Virus record (IMG/VR): IMGVR_UViG_3300035134_000016
Coordinates: 1-26,986 of that record
Reading direction: 5' to 3' (one strand)
Length of the DNA stretch: 26,986 bases
Source: a virus
Lineage: Duplodnaviria; Caudoviricetes
In this document: positions 9,601-17,340 of the stretch, piece by piece
How positions within the stretch are numbered: the stretch's first letter is position 1
How the letters are laid out: every line of letters begins with the position of its first letter
Translations under genes and position numbers: made by a program
Notes under the pieces: model-generated
What the model was told of the DNA's origin: nothing
What the model saw: only the letters and a program-made list of their open reading frames with translations
The model's database searches: none

Positions 9601-10098
9601 ATGATTTTTAATGACACAGGCCATTTAGTGGGCCGGTACACAGTGCAGGGCTATGACGAGAACTGGAATCCGGCTGAGTTTGAGTGCAACGGACAAATGG
9701 TCAGTACTTACAGGGGCAAAAATGTTTTAACGCAGCTGCTTTTCACTGGGTTTTTCAAGTTTCTGAATGCCGTCACAGATACGCCTGCATATGATGATCT
9801 TAACATTACGCACTTGGCTGTCGGCACGGGTACAACGGCACCGGCAAAAACAGACACGACACTAGAGAATGAGTATTTTCGCAAAGCCGTATCATCAAAA
9901 AGTTATACGGATGACATTTTTACAGCTAAAATGCTGATGGGAACGACAGAAGGCAATACAACTATCACAGAAATAGGGGTTTTTGCAGACGCGACAGATA
10001 CTACTGATTCAGGGACTTTGCTGTCACACATCGCAGTAAATATCACAAAGACAGACAGTATATCATTACTGCTGACATGGACACTAACACTGGAATAA
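9601..10098 (+). CDS. tail-tip/fibre-attachment protein
   Basis: ITHLAVGTGTTAP..TDTTL.NE.FRKAV and N.TITEIGVF motifs. ATG at 9601 after GGGGGC is preferred to 9562. Confidence 0.7.
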   Translation: MIFNDTGHLVGRYTVQGYDENWNPAEFECNGQMVSTYRGKNVLTQLLFTGFFKFLNAVTDTPAYDDLNITHLAVGTGTTAPAKTDTTLENEYFRKAVSSKSYTDDIFTAKMLMGTTEGNTTITEIGVFADATDTTDSGTLLSHIAVNITKTDSISLLLTWTLTLE

Positions 10099-10108
10099 AG
10101 GGGAGACG

Positions 10109-11680
10109 ATGGCTTATAGTAAGATTGGATGGACAGCACGCGAAGGCGTGGACTTGAACAAATACACAAAATCATCGGAGACGAGCAGCAGCGTAATCCT
10201 TACAAACTCGCCGACGGACATAACGGTTGCAGGGACACCTTTTACAGCAGCCAACATGGCGCACATGGACGACGGGATAGAAGCGAACGACACGGCGATA
10301 ACCGCTGAAATTGCTGACAGGGAAGCAGCGATTACCGCTGAAATTGCTGACAGGGAAGCAGCGATTACCGCTGAAGCATCGGCGAGAGCGTCAGCGGATA
10401 CGACGCTACAGAGCAATATTGATGCAGAAGCGTCTACGCGAGCGGCAGCGGATACGACACTGCAAAGTAATATCGATGCAGAAGCATCGGCGAGAGCATC
10501 TGCGGACGCAACGCTACAAAGCAACATCGATGCAGAAGCATCGGCGAGAGCATCAGCGGATACGACTTTACAAAGCAATATCGATGCAGTCGATTCGTCC
10601 GCTGTGCACAAAACCGGAGCGGAAACGATAGCCGGAGAAAAAACTATATCTGATATAGCAATACTATCGGCGGGCGCACAAGTTGGCCCCAACGCTGCAA
10701 CAGACAATCGGGATCACGTAGCGTATGCGGGCGGTACGGGCATCAGTGACTTTACTACAGCTTTGGCAGCAAAGCGAACGATTGTTGGAACTGTTTATCA
10801 TGAGCCTACAGAGACATGGTACGACATCATTAGTGTGAGGCACCTGAACGGAGCGGACGACGGGAACTTGTACGGGATGTACATACGTGTGCCCTTGTCT
10901 GCTGCTGGAAGTCTTGAATGGGCGAAGCAGACATTCGGGGTGTGGGGCACTCCTGCGACCATCTTAGACAACACGAACTATAAAACTGTCATGTCGTTTG
11001 ATGCATCGCCGACAGACGGCAGTACGAACCTTGTCAACAGCGACGCAGTGCATGATGCCATCGCATCCGAAGCATCGGCGAGAGCATCTGCGGATACGAC
11101 ACTGCAAAGCAACATCGATGCAGAAGCATCGGCGAGAGCATCAGCAGACACGACTTTACAAAACAACATCAATTCCGAGGCGTCTACTAGGGCATCGGCA
11201 GACGCGACACTGCAAAACAACATCAATTCCGAGGCGTCTACTAGGGCTTCTGCCGATACGACACTGCAAAGCAACATCGATGCAGAAGCGTCTACTAGGG
11301 CTTCTGCGGATACGACACTGCAAAGCAACATCGATGCAGTCAGCACTACGATAACCGGCGAGCTGCCAGCATCAGGGGATGCCGGTACTATAACTGCATC
11401 GGATTTGTATACAACGATGGGCGCACTGGTGCCGTCTGTCGGAGATAAGGCGAGAATAAACGGTGGTATAGGAGGCGTAGCCGGCCTGTCCGGCGGTGAC
11501 GGTGATGATTACAACATAAGTCTAGCCGCGGTGAGGCGAATCTCGTCGACAACTATCAGACTGATGGGTATATGCTACTTCAACGCAAACGACAGCAGCG
11601 GGTCGTATACCTCGGGGGCTTATGGTCGCGATATTACGTCAAGCACAACGGGTAGTTGTTCTGGATATATAAATTGGTAA
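10109..11680 (+). CDS. tail fibre/receptor-binding protein with coiled-coil repeat stalks
   Basis: GTPFTAANMAHMDDGI anchor motif, AVHKTGAETIAGEKT fibre motif, 18-aa repeats, last gene before lysis. Confidence 0.85.
   Translation: MAYSKIGWTAREGVDLNKYTKSSETSSSVILTNSPTDITVAGTPFTAANMAHMDDGIEANDTAITAEIADREAAITAEIADREAAITAEASARASADTTLQSNIDAEASTRAAADTTLQSNIDAEASARASADATLQSNIDAEASARASADTTLQSNIDAVDSSAVHKTGAETIAGEKTISDIAILSAGAQVGPNAATDNRDHVAYAGGTGISDFTTALAAKRTIVGTVYHEPTETWYDIISVRHLNGADDGNLYGMYIRVPLSAAGSLEWAKQTFGVWGTPATILDNTNYKTVMSFDASPTDGSTNLVNSDAVHDAIASEASARASADTTLQSNIDAEASARASADTTLQNNINSEASTRASADATLQNNINSEASTRASADTTLQSNIDAEASTRASADTTLQSNIDAVSTTITGELPASGDAGTITASDLYTTMGALVPSVGDKARINGGIGGVAGLSGGDGDDYNISLAAVRRISSTTIRLMGICYFNANDSSGSYTSGAYGRDITSSTTGSCSGYINW
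10295..10372 (+). repeat. 33-bp tandem repeat (11-aa AITAEIADREA), about 2.4 copies
   Basis: Units start at 10295, 10328 and 10361. Confidence 0.9.
10373..10588 (+). repeat. 54-bp tandem repeat block 1 (EASARASADTTLQSNIDA x4)
   Basis: Units at 10373, 10427, 10481 and 10535. Confidence 0.9.
11069..11338 (+). repeat. 54-bp tandem repeat block 2 (same 18-aa unit x5)
   Basis: Units at 11069, 11123, 11177, 11231 and 11285. Confidence 0.9.
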
Positions 11681-11693
11681 AAGGAGGCGCAAG

Positions 11694-12152
11694 ATGTGTA
11701 CAAAAAAAGATGAAATAGTAAAACTAGTAGTGCCGGAAATTGTCAGAATGTTGGTTTTTATTTTCTGCCTGCTCACGATCGGAGCCGTAGGCCGCAAAAG
11801 CGCGTGGGATCTCGCAGCAGATGCATATGCACAGCAGCAAGCGGAGGCGGTGCAAAAAGAACTGTCAAAAAAAGGCGGGGTTATCGATCAGCTAAAAAGC
11901 TTGACTACCGCTGTACAAAGTCTCGTAGACCAGCAAAAAGCGGCAAACATGACGACATGGGCTGTGTACAAGCGGGACATAGAAAAATACGTGCACAGGG
12001 CGCAGGATGACAATCCTTATAACGATCCGACGGCTGACAACATCGACAAAGTTGCGCTTTATCTCAAAGCGATACCCGAGTCCGAAATGTCGGAAGTGGA
12101 CAAGCGGAATGCTGACTGGCTCATTAACGTATATAAGCCGCCGAAGGAGTAA
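11694..12152 (+). CDS. single-TM membrane protein in lysis cassette (holin/antiholin-like)
   Basis: RBS AGGAGG; N-terminal hydrophobic helix (IVRMLVFIFCLLTIGAVG) followed by a soluble helical domain; upstream of the endolysin. Confidence 0.6.
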   Translation: MCTKKDEIVKLVVPEIVRMLVFIFCLLTIGAVGRKSAWDLAADAYAQQQAEAVQKELSKKGGVIDQLKSLTTAVQSLVDQQKAANMTTWAVYKRDIEKYVHRAQDDNPYNDPTADNIDKVALYLKAIPESEMSEVDKRNADWLINVYKPPKE

Positions 12153-12154
12153 TT

Positions 12155-12751
12155 ATGCAAATCAAAACGCAGTTATTGACTGTGAATCCGTATTCTCGGC
12201 CAGGTCGGCGCCTGGTGGGAGTCAAGGCAATTGTGATGCATAACACCGGTGTACCAAAGCAATCAGCGCAGACAGTGCGCAACTTTTACGAACAGCGGAA
12301 ACACGGGGGAACGGGATACGGCAGCGCTCATGCAGTGATCGGGTTACGGGGTGAGATCATACGCATAATTCCCACTAACGAAATGGCCTACGGGTGCGGG
12401 GTTCCAGACTTTCAGGATGAACACAAAGATCCTGAAAGTGACCGGTTTTATACAGACTACGCGCGCGAACAGTTTGGGGTGTACGCAGAGGATTACAGGC
12501 ACAAAAGCCCAAACCAGTGCACGCTGAATATTGAACTGTGTCAACTTGATGCTGCCGGTAATTTCAGCGATGAAACACTGAAAGCAGCGGCGGAATATGT
12601 AAAAACACTGGCTGGCTTTTATCGGCTTGAAATCGACACGGATCATATCACGACACATCACAATGTTGTCGGGTGGAAGCCCTGCCCGTTGCTGTGGACA
12701 AACCTCCCTGAAAAGCTGGGCGAGTTCGTAGACATGGTAAAGGGGGTCTAA
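12155..12751 (+). CDS. endolysin, N-acetylmuramoyl-L-alanine amidase (Amidase_2)
   Basis: IVMHNT, SAH, E.AY, IELC and HH.V.GWK.CP Zn-amidase motifs; no cell-wall-binding domain. Confidence 0.92.
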   Translation: MQIKTQLLTVNPYSRPGRRLVGVKAIVMHNTGVPKQSAQTVRNFYEQRKHGGTGYGSAHAVIGLRGEIIRIIPTNEMAYGCGVPDFQDEHKDPESDRFYTDYAREQFGVYAEDYRHKSPNQCTLNIELCQLDAAGNFSDETLKAAAEYVKTLAGFYRLEIDTDHITTHHNVVGWKPCPLLWTNLPEKLGEFVDMVKGV

Positions 12752-12990
12752 TGGACAAAACAAAAATGACGGAAGAAGTGCCAGGGACGACATCAAGCAA
12801 GCGCGTTATGGGCACGGTAGCAATGGCGGCCGGTATTGGGCTGCTGCTTTTTGTCGGTGTGATGGGGTGTTTCCGCCAGTCAATGCCAAATGCTCAAGTA
12901 AGTATACAGGCAGGGACCGCGTTAGCGTGTATCGGAGCCGGTCTGCTGGGCGTCACAGTAGTAGAAAAGTTTGCAGACAAGGGGGCGTAA
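12751..12990 (+). CDS. putative holin (2 TM helices)
   Basis: 79 aa, SSKR motif followed by two hydrophobic helices and a charged C-terminus; TAATG-coupled to the endolysin. Confidence 0.65.
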   Translation: MDKTKMTEEVPGTTSSKRVMGTVAMAAGIGLLLFVGVMGCFRQSMPNAQVSIQAGTALACIGAGLLGVTVVEKFADKGA

Positions 12991-13471
12991 TATTTGCAAA
13001 AGATTATTTTTATTGCTAGTATTAGCTGCTTGCTGCTGGCAGGGTGTAGCACAGTCAGCCCAATCGTACAGTGTGACGGAGCTACAACTACAGCAACTAG
13101 AGACGTTGTATCAGAAATCCAGGGACAGCAGGCAGACATCGCTGCAACAGCTCAACGTGTTACAGACAAAAGCACAGACGTTGCAGAGCAAAGCGGAGCA
13201 GTTGCAGCAGGAATCAGTGAAGTTGCAGGAACGCTTGCAGATGGAACGGACGACGACGCAGCTTTTATCCAACTCTGTCAGCAAATTAGAAGGCAATCTA
13301 CAGACGCAGCAGGAGCAAGCAGCTGTGATGCAGCAAAAGTACAATGATGAAAAACTTGCATGTCAGAAAACCAAAAACCAGCGCAATATACTATTCTTCG
13401 TAGCGCTTGGGTTGGTTGTCGTAATTGGCGGTTATGTTTTTCTAAAAATATCTAAAATAATTTTGTGGTAA
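12971..13471 (+). CDS. putative inner-membrane spanin-like protein (signal peptide, coiled coil, C-terminal TM)
   Basis: KRLFLLLVLAACCWQGVA signal-like segment, Gln-rich heptads, ILFFVALGLVVVIGGYVFL TM. Ends just before the terminator. Start codon is uncertain. Confidence 0.65.
   Translation: MQTRGRNICKRLFLLLVLAACCWQGVAQSAQSYSVTELQLQQLETLYQKSRDSRQTSLQQLNVLQTKAQTLQSKAEQLQQESVKLQERLQMERTTTQLLSNSVSKLEGNLQTQQEQAAVMQQKYNDEKLACQKTKNQRNILFFVALGLVVVIGGYVFLKISKIILW
12994..13347 (+). CDS. putative outer-membrane spanin-like lipoprotein, embedded in the previous gene
   Basis: TTG start 7 nt after GGGGGC; MQKIIFIASISCLLLAG/C lipobox. Confidence 0.7.
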   Translation: MQKIIFIASISCLLLAGCSTVSPIVQCDGATTTATRDVVSEIQGQQADIAATAQRVTDKSTDVAEQSGAVAAGISEVAGTLADGTDDDAAFIQLCQQIRRQSTDAAGASSCDAAKVQ

Positions 13472-13477
13472 AGCAGG

Positions 13478-13510
13478 GCGGTTGACTGGATATTGTCAAC
13501 CGCTTTTTTT
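13478..13510 (+). terminator. intrinsic terminator ending the late operon
   Basis: GCGGTTGAC-8nt-GTCAACCGC followed by T7, between convergent genes. Confidence 0.9.
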
Positions 13511-13512
13511 AT

Positions 13513-14619
13513 CTATATCTGCTTAAGAATGTGTGCGATAACGTCAACAGTCCACCCGTTTCCAAGACATTTGTACCGCTGCGTGTTACTGATGCCCTCA
13601 GTGTAACCGTCTGGGAGTGTTTGCAGACGTTCACATTCTACGGGGGTTAACTTTCTCCAATATTCGTAATCGTTAAACGCGGGTTTTGCCAACGCGTACA
13701 GATCATTTGCCTGATTATGCGATGTCGCAGTCGTTATTGTGCCACTTTTCCCGTCATTACGCAGTTCCAAACGCCGTACATATTTTTTATCGCTGGTATT
13801 ATCTGGATTTCTATCAACAGTCTTACATAACACGTTGTCTTTTTGCACTGTCGTGAGCGTGCCTGTTTTGTCATCGTCTCTTATTTCCGGCATCTGTTCT
13901 GTCGGTAGACCCGGTCGGCGGCTTTTTGGGTTCCTTCCCGTTATCCTCCCACATTTTACCAGCTGTCTACGGCATTTATTTTTATACGATTCAACCGGCG
14001 CGCCTTTATAATAGCTCGCGTCGATGCAGTAGCTTTTGTCTTTATCTGTCCATGCTCCGTACTTTAACACATCTTGCATCATGATCCCCTTGTCTACTGG
14101 CTGTGACACTTTCCAGTTACACCAATATAACCGCTTTCTGCTTTGCGCAGACACAAGTGCAGAGTTAATCATTATCGGCTCAAGTCTCGGCGATTCAAAC
14201 ATTTCTGTTTGCTGCGTGCATTCAGGATAAATCGCGCCGAGCTCTCTTGATATCACGTCAATGTATTCTTGTTTCATGAGTACGTTCTCAAGTAAAAAAT
14301 ATTTTGGATGTATCGCTTTTACCAATCGCACAAACTCAAAAAACAACTTGCTGCGTTCGTCTTGGAAATTAAGTTGTTTACCGGCAAAAGAGAACCCCTG
14401 GCACGGACTTCCACCGATGATCATATCAACACCTGCATAGTCAGCAGGATCGATGTCTGTTACTGATCCGATGTGCTCGATATCCGGCCAGTTCCGACAT
14501 GATACTGTTATTGCGTATTTGTCAATCTCAGATGCGTAATACGCTTCTATGGGGATACCGGCACGATCGAGCGCAACGCGACCGCAACTTATGCCATCAA
14601 AAAGGGATAGTATTTTCAT
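13513..14619 (-). CDS. DNA (cytosine-5)-methyltransferase
   Basis: LSLFDGI (motif I), GGSPCQGFS (IV), ENV (VI), QSRKRLYW (VIII), RKLTPVECERLQ (IX), GNGW (X). Confidence 0.96.
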   Translation of the reverse strand: MKILSLFDGISCGRVALDRAGIPIEAYYASEIDKYAITVSCRNWPDIEHIGSVTDIDPADYAGVDMIIGGSPCQGFSFAGKQLNFQDERSKLFFEFVRLVKAIHPKYFLLENVLMKQEYIDVISRELGAIYPECTQQTEMFESPRLEPIMINSALVSAQSRKRLYWCNWKVSQPVDKGIMMQDVLKYGAWTDKDKSYCIDASYYKGAPVESYKNKCRRQLVKCGRITGRNPKSRRPGLPTEQMPEIRDDDKTGTLTTVQKDNVLCKTVDRNPDNTSDKKYVRRLELRNDGKSGTITTATSHNQANDLYALAKPAFNDYEYWRKLTPVECERLQTLPDGYTEGISNTQRYKCLGNGWTVDVIAHILKQI

Positions 14620-15156
14620 TCACTCCCCCGGAAAATTAAGTGAATCGAAAGGCAAGTGTCTCTTGATCCATAACGATTGATATAATGTAGAATTGATAGA
14701 TTTACACGCCGCCGATGCACAAGTAGCAATGTAGGCCAGGTTGCAGCCGTAGACAGTTGTCTTTGCTGCACAAGAAGCAACTTTCGCTGCTGCTCTATGC
14801 TCAGGATATTTATCGAAAAACTCGCTATCATCATAAGCCACTGCGTCAGCGCACTTGTAAACTCTGTGCATTTCTTCTTGCGTCACTTTACCCGCCAACC
14901 ACTTTTCAAGAGCGGGAATCACAGCCAGACTCTCTGTGTCAGTGAGGAGGTAGCTAACCTGTTTTACACAGTACAGTGCAAACGCCACCCTCTGCCTTCG
15001 TGTCATGACGCCTTCCCTTGTCACATACCAAACCAAGTCATCGGGGTAACCTTTATCGTAGCCTTCGCGGAAAGTTTTTATTCTGTTTTCTATTACCCAT
15101 TTAACACCCGGAGCACATGCGCCATTCTTCCGTAACCATTTGTATAGCTCTGTCAT
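14620..15156 (-). CDS. hypothetical protein (Imm5-like helical domain)
   Basis: WLRKNGAC..GVKW N-terminus and QRVAFALYC..V...LEKWLAGKVT pattern; coupled to neighbours. Confidence 0.65.
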   Translation of the reverse strand: MTELYKWLRKNGACAPGVKWVIENRIKTFREGYDKGYPDDLVWYVTREGVMTRRQRVAFALYCVKQVSYLLTDTESLAVIPALEKWLAGKVTQEEMHRVYKCADAVAYDDSEFFDKYPEHRAAAKVASCAAKTTVYGCNLAYIATCASAACKSINSTLYQSLWIKRHLPFDSLNFPGE

Positions 15157-15455
15157 TTTCCTTCCTCCGGTAAATCTTCTTTACTCATAATCCAATCTGC
15201 CAATTCTTTTGGGGTATCAAAAACATACACAATCTTTGGTAAGAACACTCTTTTCAAAGCATCTACAGCAGTATCTCCAATACAATTACCCCAAAAACCT
15301 CTAGTGTAGTTTACGCACACGGGGGCATATTTATCTTGATCTATACATGCAATATAACTTTTACATCCCACAGAAACAAATCCAATATGATCACTGAGTT
15401 CTGTTGTAATTGTGTCATCATTACCATTATAATACTCTATATACCTCTTTTTCAT
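15153..15455 (-). CDS. hypothetical protein
   Basis: ATGA overlaps on both sides; YVFDTPKELADWI tail; visibly AT-rich. Confidence 0.75.
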   Translation of the reverse strand: MKKRYIEYYNGNDDTITTELSDHIGFVSVGCKSYIACIDQDKYAPVCVNYTRGFWGNCIGDTAVDALKRVFLPKIVYVFDTPKELADWIMSKEDLPEEGK

Positions 15456-15928
15456 GATTTCACTTCCCCCTTGCGCCAGTCATAGCGCATTTTTAAGTCA
15501 TCCGGAACATCCGGCCATAACGGCTTGTAGTATTCCGGCTTTTTCTGAATCAGCACTGACCGGTGCGTCATAATCAGTTCGTCGGTTATCCAGTCGGGAA
15601 AAGTAGACATAGGCGACCCAGAGTGTGTGTATTCTATCGTTCCTTGAAGAAACTCCATATTTTTACGATTGATATCGGATTTATAACCTTTATCATACCA
15701 TGCCCGTAGCAACGAATTGATATAACATGCGTGAGACCTCTCCCAACCTTTCCACAGCTTACATGCGGGATGTGACGACACATCCCGTTTAGGGGTGATT
15801 AGATCGCTTGCGTGCCCCAAGTTCGATGCAAGCATCTGAATATTTTCATAAATCATAGCACCGTGGCGCCGTGTGTCCAACGTCATGCCAACTTTGTAAA
15901 AGTTCCTGTCTGTAATAAAACTGTTCAT
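15452..15928 (-). CDS. pyrimidine-dimer DNA glycosylase/DenV-like protein (MSMEG_6728-like)
   Basis: HPACKLWKGWE, W..KGY, PDW...THRSVLIQKKPEYY and YDW motifs; RBS GGAGG. Confidence 0.75.
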   Translation of the reverse strand: MNSFITDRNFYKVGMTLDTRRHGAMIYENIQMLASNLGHASDLITPKRDVSSHPACKLWKGWERSHACYINSLLRAWYDKGYKSDINRKNMEFLQGTIEYTHSGSPMSTFPDWITDELIMTHRSVLIQKKPEYYKPLWPDVPDDLKMRYDWRKGEVKS

Positions 15929-15950
15929 TGTAATACCTCCGACAGCTACT

Positions 15951-15978
15951 AGTATATCATTTTATTTATTTTTGTCAA
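15951..15978 (-). promoter_or_regulatory. sigma70-type promoter for the DenV-like/MTase unit
   Basis: TTGACA-16nt-TATACT with extended -10 TG. Confidence 0.8.
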
Positions 15979-15992
15979 TACGTTTTATTTAT

Positions 15993-16100
15993 TTACAGAT
16001 CATCATCACGAGACAGATACAATACAATGCCCGTGATACTAACAACGGCGATGATCACAATCAGTGCAATCACCGCCGCAAACAAAAACCTTACAATCAT
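15993..16100 (-). CDS. 35-aa single-TM peptide
   Basis: MIVRFLFAAVIALIVIIAVVSITGIVLYLSRDDDL*; ATGA overlap with the stop of the DUF1861 gene. Confidence 0.7.
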   Translation of the reverse strand: MIVRFLFAAVIALIVIIAVVSITGIVLYLSRDDDL

Positions 16101-16993
16101 TTTACATTCATACTCTGTTCTGTTTGAAATGGGTTTTTTATTTCGCAACTATATGTCTCACAATCAGAAACACCAAGCCACAGCGCCGCACGCTTTCCTT
16201 TCAAAAACATGCCACCCGGAAAAATCACATCTTTGAGATCAGGACGCTTTGCTGGTCCTGGTGGCAAATCCTCGCGGGTACACAAGATCTTGGGAGGTTG
16301 CACAACACGCCCATCAATCGGGTTTACAGTGAATGCTACAGGATAATAGTGCTTCCCTTTATCATTATCGTAGCATCCGACATGTCCCAATATCCCGATA
16401 GAACCCGAAGGCAAAAGCTGCACGTGATTAACGCCACCCCATTCGTCGCGGCTAAACCCATAGGAAAAACGCTGATCATGCACTTGCATCGAAATATTGC
16501 CGTCCGGACGAGTGAAAACGATGTCGCCGCAAACTCGCACATCTTTTCCCTGATATTCGGCCATTTTCAGCCCTGTTATCAGGTTAAAAAAAACAGTCAC
16601 ATCACGGTCAGGCTTGTACAAACCGATAAACGGGTCATCCCGATGTAATCCGATTACGGCACTCCCCTGCATGAGACATGGTCGCCTTGCCCATAGCGGT
16701 GTAGTTATCAAGCATGGATCCTGTGCGTAGCCTTCGCAAATCGTATACGGCCTCCACTTGAAAGACTTCCACCAAAACACGACGACTTTACTGTCTTTTT
16801 CGCTGTACCGACTCTCAACACGTACCGGCACTATCATGTTCCCGTTAATGCGTATTGGGTATGCCGGATTGTAGCAATCTCTCCCCTTTAAGTCGCCTTC
16901 AAGATGAAACTTCTGTCGCTCTATAAGTATAGGGTGTTCCCCTGATGCTTTGTAATCTTCAAGCAGGTTCTTTACCGGTTTAATGTGATACAT
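16097..16993 (-). CDS. DUF1861/GT108-like beta-1,2-mannosyltransferase/phosphorylase
   Basis: Motifs in order: D.YN, RVESR.SE..S, QDP, KDVR, FTRP.G, EWGG.N, IGILGH, HYY, R.D.P.GPAKRPDL.DV.F.GG, L..GVSD. Start placed at ATG 16993 (298 aa). Confidence 0.8.
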   Translation of the reverse strand: MYHIKPVKNLLEDYKASGEHPILIERQKFHLEGDLKGRDCYNPAYPIRINGNMIVPVRVESRYSEKDSKVVVFWWKSFKWRPYTICEGYAQDPCLITTPLWARRPCLMQGSAVIGLHRDDPFIGLYKPDRDVTVFFNLITGLKMAEYQGKDVRVCGDIVFTRPDGNISMQVHDQRFSYGFSRDEWGGVNHVQLLPSGSIGILGHVGCYDNDKGKHYYPVAFTVNPIDGRVVQPPKILCTREDLPPGPAKRPDLKDVIFPGGMFLKGKRAALWLGVSDCETYSCEIKNPFQTEQSMNVK

Positions 16994-17141
16994 CTTTCTT
17001 CCTTTTCCCTTGTTTTCGATCAGGGGAATCAATCCACAGCAGAATCGTTCCAACGATATCCAATACGACAAGCAACACAAGCAGAAAAATAGTTGCGATG
17101 CTGCAACAACAAAGCATCCCGTCAGCAAAAAACACAGTCAT
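16980..17141 (-). CDS. 53-aa single-TM protein
   Basis: MTVFFADGMLCCCSIATIFLLVLLVVLDIVGTILLWIDSPDRKQGKRKKDVSH; overlaps both neighbours. Confidence 0.6.
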   Translation of the reverse strand: MTVFFADGMLCCCSIATIFLLVLLVVLDIVGTILLWIDSPDRKQGKRKKDVSH

Positions 17142-17340
17142 CCGTCTTGTCTCTGATGTATACAAACGTTTCGCCGTCTCTCTCGAGTGAGCCCACCCTC
17201 TCATAAAGACGCTGTCCGATCACAAAATGATCTGCCCGATTAGTAGCAACCGTAGCCACCGCCGCCATTTTAAGTTCAGCAGTGCTTGCTTGTTCTAACG
17301 ACATATAATTGTCGTCCGTCCGTACAATCAAGTACATCAT
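17122..17340 (-). CDS. hypothetical protein
   Basis: ATGA overlap with the upstream gene; RBS GGGG. Confidence 0.65.
   Translation of the reverse strand: MMYLIVRTDDNYMSLEQASTAELKMAAVATVATNRADHFVIGQRLYERVGSLERDGETFVYIRDKTDDCVFC

Noticed and set aside
10114-11354. Alternative-frame repeat ORFs, or a CRISPR array, in the tail fibre
   Set aside because: The 54-bp units are contiguous in-frame coding repeats without unique spacers; other frames stay open only because of the repeat.
11340-11680. DGR variable region at the fibre C-terminus
   Set aside because: No reverse transcriptase or template repeat differing at adenines was seen in this window; one elsewhere in the genome cannot be excluded.
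16994-17128. Hydrophobic N-terminal extension on the DUF1861 protein
   Set aside because: It overlaps a better TM ORF in another frame (16980-17141), and ATG 16993 has an RBS-like sequence and matches where family motifs begin.
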